Source: an uncultured Acidobacteriota bacterium (GTDB taxonomy: Bacteria > Acidobacteriota > Thermoanaerobaculia > Multivoradales > UBA5704). From it: a stretch of 64,000 bases of DNA. The notes below the pieces were generated by a model. That model did not search any database and had not been told where the DNA came from. It saw nothing but the letters and a program-made list of their open reading frames with translations. Shown piece by piece: positions 40,131 to 48,443 of the stretch (its first letter is position 1; the number at the start of each line of letters is the position of its first letter). Made by a program: the position numbers and the translations under genes. The stretch covers positions 4,704,001 to 4,768,000 of the forward strand of contig CAVYRF010000002.1 of assembly GCA_963770895.1 (NCBI GenBank), in the 5' to 3' direction.

Positions 40131-41585
40131 TTACGCGTACTCGAAAAGCGCCATGAAACCGAAGTCCATGTGCAGCTGCTGGTGGCAGTGGAAGAGGGTG
40201 CGGCCGGGATTGTCGGCGACGAAGTCGAAGGAGAGCTCCTGGAACCCACCCAGCATCACGACATCTTTGATGACGCCGGCGGTCGCCTTGCCGCCGATGT
40301 TGGTCAGCTCGAAGCTGTGCCGGTGTAGGTGCAGCGGGTGGATGTCGTCGCTTGCGTTGCGGACATTCACCCGGTAGCGGCGTCCCTGATGGATCGTGTA
40401 CGTGGGTTGCAAGGGGTCCATCGAGAAGGGTTTGCCATTGAGCGTCCAGACATTGAAGCCGTGTGCGGCGGCGTTGTGTTTGACGATCGTGATGTCGATC
40501 GTCTCGTCGGGCGTTGCCGTGGATGGACCGAGCTTGCCAAAGCGGGTATAGGCCCAATGGAAAGGCTTGGGTTTGATCCAGTGCGGCTTGCCGCCGCGGC
40601 CAGCGTATTCGACGACGGTCCCCATGCCATGACGGCGGTCGTCGTCGGCGAGATCGCCCATGACCCAGACGCCCGGGTGATTCATCTCGACGATCGCGGA
40701 GATGCGCTCGGCCGTGCCCAGCCATAGCACCGGCACCTCGGCTGGTGTCGGCACCGGGTTGCCGTCGAGCGCCACCACGCGGAAGACGTGCCCGGGCAAC
40801 GCGAGGCTGCGAATCTCCGTCGCGCTCGCGTTGAGCACGTGGAACAGCACCCGCTCTCCTTGCTTGACGCGGATCGGCTGGCCATGCCCGAGCATGACTC
40901 CATTGATGCTGAACAGCTCGTAGCCGACCTCGAATCCCTTGGGCGTAGCCTTGGAAGCCGCGTCGGCGGCGTTTCCGATCTGCTTGAGCTCGGCGAGCGG
41001 ATTGCCGGCAAGGCAATCCATCGCCATGTCGCCGCCGCGGCTGAAGGCCGGCGCGAACTCCTTCATCACCAGGAAGATCTCCCGATCGTAGGCGCCGGGA
41101 TCGCTGGCGGGCTCGATGTAGACCGGACCGGCCTGGCCGGTGTAGGTGCCGCGGTTGAGGTCGCTCCCGGCGATGACGTGCGTGTGATAAAAGCGGAAGC
41201 CCGCCGGCTTCGGCACCCAGGCAATCCGCCGCCGGCCGTGCGCGGGAACGAAGGGCGAACCTTCCTCGGCTGCGCCGTCGACGTCGGTCGGGATCTTCTG
41301 GCCGTGCCAATGGACCAACTCCGGCGTGTCCGTGTCGTTGAGGATGTCGACCACCACCCGCCGGCCTTCGTGCAAACGGAGGAGCGGTCCCGGGAACTGG
41401 CCGTTGTAGAGCGTCGTGGACACGATATGGTCCGGCGCGACCTCGACCAGCCCGGTAGCGATGCGCAACGTGTAGTCGGCCTGCTCATCGGTGGCTGCGT
41501 CGACAGCTCGTGCAAAGCGCGGCAAGGCGCCAAGGAGCGGCACCAGCCCGGCAAGCTTGAGCAGCGAACGGCGATCGATCGTCAT
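40131..41585 (-). CDS. Tat-exported multicopper oxidase
   Basis: DRRSLLK Tat motif; HWHG, YHTH, HPLHLHRH and HCHQQLHM copper sites. Confidence 0.92.
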   Translation of the reverse strand: MTIDRRSLLKLAGLVPLLGALPRFARAVDAATDEQADYTLRIATGLVEVAPDHIVSTTLYNGQFPGPLLRLHEGRRVVVDILNDTDTPELVHWHGQKIPTDVDGAAEEGSPFVPAHGRRRIAWVPKPAGFRFYHTHVIAGSDLNRGTYTGQAGPVYIEPASDPGAYDREIFLVMKEFAPAFSRGGDMAMDCLAGNPLAELKQIGNAADAASKATPKGFEVGYELFSINGVMLGHGQPIRVKQGERVLFHVLNASATEIRSLALPGHVFRVVALDGNPVPTPAEVPVLWLGTAERISAIVEMNHPGVWVMGDLADDDRRHGMGTVVEYAGRGGKPHWIKPKPFHWAYTRFGKLGPSTATPDETIDITIVKHNAAAHGFNVWTLNGKPFSMDPLQPTYTIHQGRRYRVNVRNASDDIHPLHLHRHSFELTNIGGKATAGVIKDVVMLGGFQELSFDFVADNPGRTLFHCHQQLHMDFGFMALFEYA

Positions 41586-41791
41586 GGTCGATTTCCTCAC
41601 CGAGGTGTGGCGCCTGGGGAACCCTGGACGCCTGCTGAGCCCTCCGTATGCACCCGCGTGACCGGAGGAGGCGGGGCGGTTCTACAATGCTGTGGATCGC
41701 CTGCGGCGCCGAGGGTGGTAGCGACCCCGCCGCCGCTTCCTTTGAGCACCAACGTGGCAATGATACCGCTCCCATGAGCAGTGGCTCGCCA

Positions 41792-41836
41792 GCGGCCGGG
41801 CAGCGGGCCGGGAAGGCGACGCTCGGACAGGTGGCG
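41792..41836 (+). repeat. 45-bp direct repeat B, copy 2
   Basis: 43/45 identical to 38409-38453. Confidence 0.8.
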
Positions 41837-42148
41837 GGGACCGCCGGCGGCGTGCCGCGTGCCGTCTGGTTGGAGCCGGGTGCACACTGCACATCCGCTG
41901 ATCCGGCGCTGCGCCGGAGATGGTTGGAGTGTAGTGTGCGGAGCCGAGAGGGCTTGCCTTCCCGGCCCCGGTTGTGGGTGCCAGGGATCGTTGCCGAGTG
42001 AGGATCTACTACAATACCGCTAGCGCGTCCGCCTGCGGAGGCGAAGAAGGAGACGTGCCTGGTTGCGGCACCTCCGATGTCCAAGCTGACCGCCTGCGGC
42101 GGCGGCTTGGCTTGAGCGCGATGGGCCACCGCCAAGAGGTCGGGCGAC

Positions 42149-42658
42149 ATGTCTGGGATAAAACATCATCGATGGAGCTTTGCGTTCCGCCGGCCTCGAG
42201 CTGCGAGTTGGTGCTGGCGCTGCTGCTTGGCGCTGGCGCTGCTTGAGGCGGGTTGTGTCGTCCATTGGCATCCGCCGCCCCAGGGGGCAGGCGGCGCTTG
42301 GGACCCGGCTGCTCACCCCGAGCTGCCCGCAGTTGAGGTGGTGGCGAGCGGGCAGGTGGTGCGGTCTTACAGGACGATCGGTACCGTGCATGCCCTCGGA
42401 TCGATGGGGGAGCAGGAGGCCTTGATCGTGCTGAGGCAGGAGGCGCAGGCGCTGCGCGGCGACGCCCTGCTCAACGTCCACAGGCGTGGCTTGACCGCCA
42501 CGACCCTCGACGCGTCCACCAGTCTGGCCGAGCAACTGTGGGAGGCTACCGTGATCGTGTGGACGGATCCTCCCGCAGAAGCCGTGGCGCCGGAAGCGCC
42601 GAGTGCGCCGCCGATTCCGCATCGTGGCGAGTGGCGACTTGGAGCCGGGCGGCTGTAG
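42149..42658 (+). CDS. Hypothetical exported protein or lipoprotein
   Basis: LALALLEAGC lipobox-like segment; RSYRTIGTV...LRQEAQALRGDALL resembles YbjQ-like folds; start uncertain. Confidence 0.45.
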   Translation: MSGIKHHRWSFAFRRPRAASWCWRCCLALALLEAGCVVHWHPPPQGAGGAWDPAAHPELPAVEVVASGQVVRSYRTIGTVHALGSMGEQEALIVLRQEAQALRGDALLNVHRRGLTATTLDASTSLAEQLWEATVIVWTDPPAEAVAPEAPSAPPIPHRGEWRLGAGRL

Positions 42659-42714
42659 AACGCGGGACATCCGCGCCGGCTGCCGGCGCTGCGGGCGCTG
42701 GCCAGCGACCCGTT

Positions 42715-42927
42715 ATGACAATCGGACTCGACGATCGCTATCGTGACGAAAACGGACGGATCCATGCAAAGCGTGGCGATACACTTGTACGGACACTCCG
42801 CGGAATATACGGCTCGAGCTTTGCCGCGGGATTTCCTGCCGATACGACGCTGGACCGATTGCTCGATGGAACCGGTTTCTCATCGCTGAGCCAATATGTG
42901 AAGCATCACGGGCATTCCCAAGGGTAG
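42715..42927 (+). CDS. Small conserved hypothetical protein
   Basis: GLDDRYRDENGRIHAKRGDTLVRTLR..YG..FA.G; protein-like composition. Confidence 0.55.
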   Translation: MTIGLDDRYRDENGRIHAKRGDTLVRTLRGIYGSSFAAGFPADTTLDRLLDGTGFSSLSQYVKHHGHSQG

Positions 42928-42959
42928 CGGCAAGCCCGCGCGCCGCCGCTGCGGCCGGG

Positions 42960-43313
42960 CGGCATCGATCGAGTGCCAGCGCGGTGACCCGCACGGCGGC
43001 TTGCCAGAGCGGCCGGATGAAGGGCTCGCAGCGCGCTTCATGGCGACTGTCGGCGCTTGCCACACCGACGACGTCCCGTCCCAAGCGCGCGGCTTCGTCG
43101 AGAAAGCCGCCCGAGTAACACTGATCGGCGATCAGGATCAATCGCGCGAAGGGGAGCGGCGCCAGAAGGAGGAGGAAGGCGCCAGCCGTGATCAGACCAC
43201 TTTCCAGATTGAGAAAGGGGGGCCGAAGGCGCGCCCGCCATGGCCGGTGAGATAGACGAGCAGCAGGTCTTGTGGCCGTATCTCGCGGCGCAATAGCTCC
43301 ACGGCTTGGTCGA
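42960..43313 (-). pseudogene. Caspase/legumain-like (clan CD) peptidase remnant
   Basis: LLVYLTGHG (His) and LIADQCYSGGF (Cys) lie in different frames, joined by a frameshift in a C-run near 43220; the 5' part is replaced by repeat R4. Confidence 0.65.
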
Positions 43314-43328
43314 GGCCGGCGGGGTGTC

Positions 43329-43500
43329 TGTTCGCAGGGCTGGCTGTTGGGCGAGGGCGCACCGCGGGCTCAGGGTTTGGCGAGTGCGCGGTTGCGTGGG
43401 CAAGGGTGCTGGTGGGGCAGGCGGACGGCTCTGGCGCGATGGGCCGGGGGGAGAAGCGCACGGGGGCCGTGGTGCGCGCGAGGCATAAGAATCGAAGGCG
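43329..43500 (+). repeat. Double-hairpin repeat, copy R4
   Basis: Near-identical to R3 over 43314-43525. Confidence 0.9.
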
Positions 43501-43627
43501 AGTGGGCGGGCGCGCCGACGCGGGCTTGGCCTTTGTGCCACCTGGCGCGGCCGCGGTGTTTCGTCATGGATTGCGACCGCGTTGGCACAGTATTGGTTGC
43601 GGGGCGAACACCCAAGGAGAACACGCC

Positions 43628-43783
43628 ATGAAAAAGCAGATCCGCCACCTGTTGCTCCATCGCGAGACCCTGCAGAACCTGAACGCTGCGAACCTGCCCA
43701 GGGCGGTCGCCGGCGCCGCGACCTCGCCGCCGGTGTGCGAGAACAGCGGCAACGCCATCACCCACTGCACGGGCTGCTGCTAG
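43628..43783 (+). CDS. RiPP-like precursor peptide P1 (51 aa)
   Basis: RBS AAGGAG; MKKQIRHLLLHRETLQNL leader; Ser/Thr/Cys core ending CTGCC. Confidence 0.7.
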   Translation: MKKQIRHLLLHRETLQNLNAANLPRAVAGAATSPPVCENSGNAITHCTGCC

Positions 43784-43977
43784 GTAGCCGCCAGCGATCG
43801 CACCGGGCCGGCTGCGGCCGGCCCCGCCTCGGGCGCTTCAGGTGCGCCGCTGCCGGCGGCAGCGCACCTCGGCGAGGTCTGGGGCACCCGCATCCGGGCC
43901 ACCTATCCGCAGTCGCAGCCCGGGACGTCCGGGAGCCGGGAGCGGCGGCGCCGGGGCCGCAAGCCCGGCGCGGTTTG

Positions 43978-44150
43978 TGTTTGCAGGGCTGGCTGCTACC
44001 CGAGCGCGCACCGCAGGCTCAGGGTTTGGCGAGTGCGCGGTGGAGTCGGCAATATTTCTGGTGGGGCGGATGGATGGAGTTGGGAGCTATCGGCCGGAGT
44101 GCGAAGCGCACGGGGGCCGCGGTGCGCGCGAGGCAAGAGATTCGAAGGAG
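43978..44150 (+). repeat. Double-hairpin repeat, copy R5
   Basis: Conserved arms, ends CGAAGGAG. Confidence 0.9.
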
Positions 44151-44313
44151 CTAGGGGGGCTGGATCTGGCAGGGTCGTTCCCCCGTTCCCCCGTTCCCCG
44201 AAAGGAAGGCAGCGCCGGCAGGCGTTCTCATTCGCCCCTCCGCTGTCTCGCATCCGAGAGGCGTGGGCACCCGACTTGATGGGACGCTACTCGAATCCGG
44301 AAAGGAAAAGCCC

Positions 44314-44460
44314 ATGAGAAAGACCCTGAAGCCCATCCGCTTGCAGCGCGAGACCCTGAAGCATCTGACCGATGGCACGCTCGACAAGGTGCGCGCCGCC
44401 TGGCGCGAGAACACCAACTACATCAGCTGCCCGAATCCGCAGACCTGCCTCGGCTGCTGA
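44314..44460 (+). CDS. RiPP-like precursor peptide P2 (48 aa)
   Basis: RBS AAAGGA; MRKTLKPIRLQRETLKHL leader; core ending SCPNPQTCLGC. Confidence 0.7.
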   Translation: MRKTLKPIRLQRETLKHLTDGTLDKVRAAWRENTNYISCPNPQTCLGC

Positions 44461-44930
44461 GCCCCCTGCCTGCACAAGAAGGCCGATCGCCGGCCCGGCC
44501 GGCCCGCTGAGCGATTGCGGGCAGGCCGCGCAGTCGACGATTTCGGGAGCCAGGAGATCGCCGGCAATCGCCAAGTCCATTTGGCCCTGCTTGCCCAGGA
44601 AGCGTGCGCAAGTGGAGGTAGGCTTCGACGGCCGCCGCGGCCGGTGCAGCGCCACCATGTGACGGAAATGGTCGGGACCGCCGGCGTAGGCCGTGAGTGA
44701 ACATCTGCTGCCTTGATTGCGGTGCGTTCGGCGTTACTGGCGGAATGGCTGAGGGCGGGGGGGCGGGGGCAGTGGTGGGATGTGATGTCGCTGCTGGGAG
44801 GCGGTGCAGGAGGGGATGGGGGGGGAGGTGGCGGCGCTGGCGGCTGCTGGCGTCCGACCAGGGCAACCATGTATAACCTGTACAGGCCGTCGTGGCCTGG
44901 ACCGAGCTGGTAAAGTTGTACGAGCCGCAC

Positions 44931-46136
44931 ATGCAACCAACCACCAGAGCCGACGTGGCACCGCAACTCCTTCGCTGGGCGCGCGAGACCGCCGGTCTCT
45001 CCGCCGAGGAAGCTGCGCGCCAGCTCGGGGTCAAGCCAGACCGCCTGGGCGAATGGGAAGCAGGGCAGCTCAGTCCGACTGTGCCTCAGTTGCGCAAGGC
45101 TGCGGCCATGTACAAGCGGTCTCTGGCGACGTTCTTCCTGGCCGAACCGCCGGCGACGGCGGCGCCCCCCCACGACTTCCGGCGACTTCCCCCGGAGGGA
45201 CGCGGCGAGGCTGCGCTGTCTCCGGCCTTGCTTCTCGCCATTCGCCGAGCGAACCGCCGCCGCCGCATCGCGGTCGAGCTGGCGCGCGAGAACGGCGCTT
45301 CGCCTCAGCCGTTTTCGGTTCGCGGGGAGCCGAGCGACGACGAGGAGCTGGGCGCTCGCCTGCGGTCGTTCCTCGGCGTGGCGCTCGACGACCAGATGAA
45401 GTGGAGAGGAGACTACCAGCCGCTCAACGCCTGGGTCGCGGCACTCGAATCAAGGGACGTCCTGGTGTTTCAGGCAAGCCACATCTCGGTAGGGGAGATG
45501 CGCGGCTTCTCGATCAGCGAGCGCACCTTCCCAGTGATTGTCCTCAATTCCAAGGACTCGCCCCGCGGGCGGGTATTCACCCTGATGCACGAGCTGGTCC
45601 ACCTGGCCCTGAGCGAAGGCGGTGTCTGCGATCCGCTGGAAGCCCGCCGTGGCGCCCACAGCCGGGACGACGAGGTCGAGGTCTTTTGCAGTCGCATCGC
45701 CGGCGCGGTCCTGGTTCCGGCCGAGGCGCTGCTGGCGCCGCCACTGGTGCGCGCCGCCGCGCAGCCGCAGGAATGGGACGACTCGGAGCTGCATCGGCTG
45801 GCGCAGTTTTTCGGGGTCAGCGACGAGGTGATTCTGCGGCGCCTGCTCATCCTGCGGAAGACCACCGAGGCGTTTTATGAGGCCAGGCGCCGCGCCTACC
45901 AGAGAGCCTACACGGCGATGAGGATCGCAGACGCGGCCAAGCCGATACGGATTCCACCGTCCGTGATCGTGGTGCGCAACAATGGGCGCCTTTACACTCG
46001 GTTAGTTCTGGCAGCGCTCGACAGCGACAGGATCACCTTTGCCGACGTTGCCGACTATCTGGGCACAAACCTCAAGCACCTGGACGCGATTGCCGATCTG
46101 GTCGGAGCCGCGCGTCCCGCCGAGGCCATGGTGTGA
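44931..46136 (+). CDS. XRE-family HTH fused to an ImmA/IrrE metallopeptidase
   Basis: LRWARETAGLS..EAA..LG..WEAG HTH; FTLMHELVH (HExxH); FGVS. Confidence 0.9.
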   Translation: MQPTTRADVAPQLLRWARETAGLSAEEAARQLGVKPDRLGEWEAGQLSPTVPQLRKAAAMYKRSLATFFLAEPPATAAPPHDFRRLPPEGRGEAALSPALLLAIRRANRRRRIAVELARENGASPQPFSVRGEPSDDEELGARLRSFLGVALDDQMKWRGDYQPLNAWVAALESRDVLVFQASHISVGEMRGFSISERTFPVIVLNSKDSPRGRVFTLMHELVHLALSEGGVCDPLEARRGAHSRDDEVEVFCSRIAGAVLVPAEALLAPPLVRAAAQPQEWDDSELHRLAQFFGVSDEVILRRLLILRKTTEAFYEARRRAYQRAYTAMRIADAAKPIRIPPSVIVVRNNGRLYTRLVLAALDSDRITFADVADYLGTNLKHLDAIADLVGAARPAEAMV

Positions 46137-46201
46137 CAGTTTATGTGGTGGATAGCAGCGCCGAAGGCTGTGCTCCATCGCTGAGAGGCGGAGGACCGTC
46201 G

Positions 46202-47407
46202 TCATGGAGATCCGAGGACCGCCGGAGAGGATGATGCGGGACCTGAGGACGACGCAAGATTGACCATTTCTCTGATCGAATCGATGACCTCTCGCAGTAA
46301 CTTCAAGGAGATTGTCAGCTCGTACTCGTAGGCTGCTAAAGCCTCGCCAAGGTTCTTCTTTGGTTGGTCGAGCATGGCAGGCAGGTTCGAGACCGTCATC
46401 CGGTATTCCGCTAGAGTTGGTAGTGCGCTGGCCGTGGCAACCTCAGATTCAGTTAACGCTTGGAGTAGTGAACTGAGATATCCAGCTGCCATCCCGCCTG
46501 CGACCAGTGTGGAAATGATTGCAGCCAATCGTCCGTACGCGAGAGAGCCGTTCGCCCTAGAGAGCCGGAATGTGGGCAGCTCAAAGCGTAGGCGCTCAGC
46601 AAATTCGGTCATACATTTCGACACGCGCTCTACCGAGCGTTTTGTGAACGCCATGGCATCCGCCATGCTTCCAGTGCTTCTAATGGCGTTCAATTGCACT
46701 GTCTCGGCGCTCATCAGCTGCGTCATCTGGCGGATTAGAAGAGTAACCCGCTCTGTCGCCCTCGTACTTCTCTCGGTCTCAGAAGCAGACCACTCGCTGG
46801 TTTCCCGCAGATCTGCGCTCATTCCAGTGGCGCCAGTGGCCGGAATAAGCTTTGCTCCGTCAGACGCATTACGCCAAGCTCTTGCGATCTTTTGCAGAGT
46901 CCTTGATAGATGAAACCGTAGGAGCGATTCGAACTGCTCGGTGTCACTAAACGACCAATCGAGCAAGCCAAGGTTCCTGGTGCCTTCTCGAAAAGACCGA
47001 ACCTTCGCCAGCTGGTCGATGTTCACGTCAAAGGGCAGCGCGGCTTCCTTGAAGTAGAGCATAATTGCTGGCCTACCATCAGGGACTGACCGGTTCTGAT
47101 AGGCTCTTTTGAACTCTTCTTCCGTTCCCGATTCAGCCCGTGGAGTGGGAGTGCCAAATCGCGACCATAAAATTCCGAGAAAAATGTCATGATCGTTCCC
47201 AAGCTGTTCATTAAGAACAGCCTGTGCGTCAGAGCCAGCGGCGGGATAACCATGGGTCTCCCAGCGGATAACCTCGATATTGAAGCCCAGCACTTCAGAC
47301 CATAGCGCATTGAGCTCGATGACTACTCTTGTAGCTACCGCTCGCTCGGCAGTCACATCATTGGGCGAGGACACAAACACGCGGATACGTGGAAATCCTT
47401 CGATCAT
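46202..47407 (-). CDS. DUF4062-like (TIR/NDT-like) domain plus helical C-terminus
   Basis: RVFVSSPNDV..ER, WE, DIFLGILWSRFGTPT...SGTEEEF and IMLYF; visibly lower GC than the flanks. Confidence 0.7.
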   Translation of the reverse strand: MIEGFPRIRVFVSSPNDVTAERAVATRVVIELNALWSEVLGFNIEVIRWETHGYPAAGSDAQAVLNEQLGNDHDIFLGILWSRFGTPTPRAESGTEEEFKRAYQNRSVPDGRPAIMLYFKEAALPFDVNIDQLAKVRSFREGTRNLGLLDWSFSDTEQFESLLRFHLSRTLQKIARAWRNASDGAKLIPATGATGMSADLRETSEWSASETERSTRATERVTLLIRQMTQLMSAETVQLNAIRSTGSMADAMAFTKRSVERVSKCMTEFAERLRFELPTFRLSRANGSLAYGRLAAIISTLVAGGMAAGYLSSLLQALTESEVATASALPTLAEYRMTVSNLPAMLDQPKKNLGEALAAYEYELTISLKLLREVIDSIREMVNLASSSGPASSSPAVLGSP

Positions 47408-47479
47408 AGAGCACCGAGTTTTCTACGTTGGTCAGGGGCAAGAGCTCGTTTAGTCTTTGCTTGCGGGGTTTGGATTGCA

Positions 47480-47755
47480 GTGCGAAGGTCCGCGCGTTGT
47501 CAGGATGTGCGCGTGGTGGGTCAGCCGATCCAGCGAGGATCCGCGGCCCGGCTGCTGATTCCCGCACCGGGGACACAGCTTGCGGCAGATGTCACCGACT
47601 GGCGTATCGGCTTCTGACTGCCGGAGCGCCATGGCGATCTGCTCCCCCGTGAACCGGCTGTTCCTCACTGGGCTGCCCCCTTCCCCGTCGGGAGCTGGGG
47701 GGACCGCGTACCAGCTATTCCGAGAGTCGCTCTGGTCCAAGATCCGGGGCTACCC
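47480..47755 (-). mobile_element. Fused IS remnants: IS3-family left end and OrfA start joined to an IS21 IstB C-terminal fragment
   Basis: RNSRFTGEQIAMALRQSEADTPVGDICRKL (IS3 OrfA), then LDRLTHHAHILTTRG (IstB); CCCCGGATCTTGGACCA resembles an IS3-type end. Confidence 0.65.
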
Positions 47756-47784
47756 ACCCAATTAATTGTATTACCCTTAAAGAG

Positions 47785-47856
47785 TATCCCCAACGGGATT
47801 CGAACCCGTGTTGCCGCCTTGAAAGGGCGGAGTCCTAACCACTAGACGATGGGGAC
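47785..47856 (-). tRNA. tRNA-Glu(TTC), CCA not encoded
   Basis: GTCCCCA/TGGGGAT acceptor stem, CCGCC-CTTTCAA-GGCGG anticodon arm, GGTTCGAATCC T-loop; 72 nt. Confidence 0.95.
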
Positions 47857-47979
47857 TTGAGACTGCGGCCCGGGCAGGGGCGCGTCGGTCGGTCGGAGAT
47901 AAGGCTAACACAGGCGGTGCGGCGGAGCGAAGCTGGCGGCTGAGGTTGTCCTGCGGCCGATCGGTGTGTGGCTTTGCCG

Positions 47980-48354
47980 CTAGAGCTCGAGCAGGTTGCT
48001 GTGCTGGAGGAGGGTGCGGACGGCGGCGACGATGGCGAGGGGGTCGGTGTGCTCGGCGTTGGCGATGCAGACGGAGACGTGGCCTTGGGAGATGGGCTGG
48101 ACCAGCTGGAAGAAGTTGCCGTAGCGGACCAGGAGGTAGCGGAGGCCGCCGCAGTCCAGGTTGCCGCGCTGGGTGGTGAGCTTGAGGAGGGCGGGGTTGA
48201 CGAAGAGCTCTTCGTAGCGGTCGGTTTCGTTGGAGCCTTCGCCGATGACGCCGGGACGCTGCCACATGCTGAGGGCGTTGGCGCGATAGAGGGCGACGTA
48301 GCGGACGTCGGGGGAGGCGGCGAAGATCTCGGCGACCAGGGAGTCGAAGACCAC
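47980..48354 (-). CDS. Hypothetical protein
   Basis: Strong codon bias; VRYVALY, YEELFVNP and RGNLDCGG. Confidence 0.65.
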   Translation of the reverse strand: MVFDSLVAEIFAASPDVRYVALYRANALSMWQRPGVIGEGSNETDRYEELFVNPALLKLTTQRGNLDCGGLRYLLVRYGNFFQLVQPISQGHVSVCIANAEHTDPLAIVAAVRTLLQHSNLLEL

Positions 48355-48443
48355 GAACTCATCTTACCTCGGGCTGGAGGGGGCGGAGTGAGATGCCCGG
48401 CTGGCCGGATGGGGCGGTGGTGTGGGCGGTGCGCCGGCGGCGA

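Noticed and set aside
33628-44150. 172-bp repeats as CRISPR, canonical attC or a repeated protein domain
   Set aside because: Too long and unevenly spaced for CRISPR and no cas genes. No RYYYAAC/GTTRRRY ends. The apparent peptide (ARTAGSGFGECAV) changes frame between copies.
43582-44280. Sigma54-like boxes before P1 (TGGCAC-N5-TGGT) and P2 (GGGCAC-N5-TTGA)
   Set aside because: Both lack the -12 GC; too weak to call
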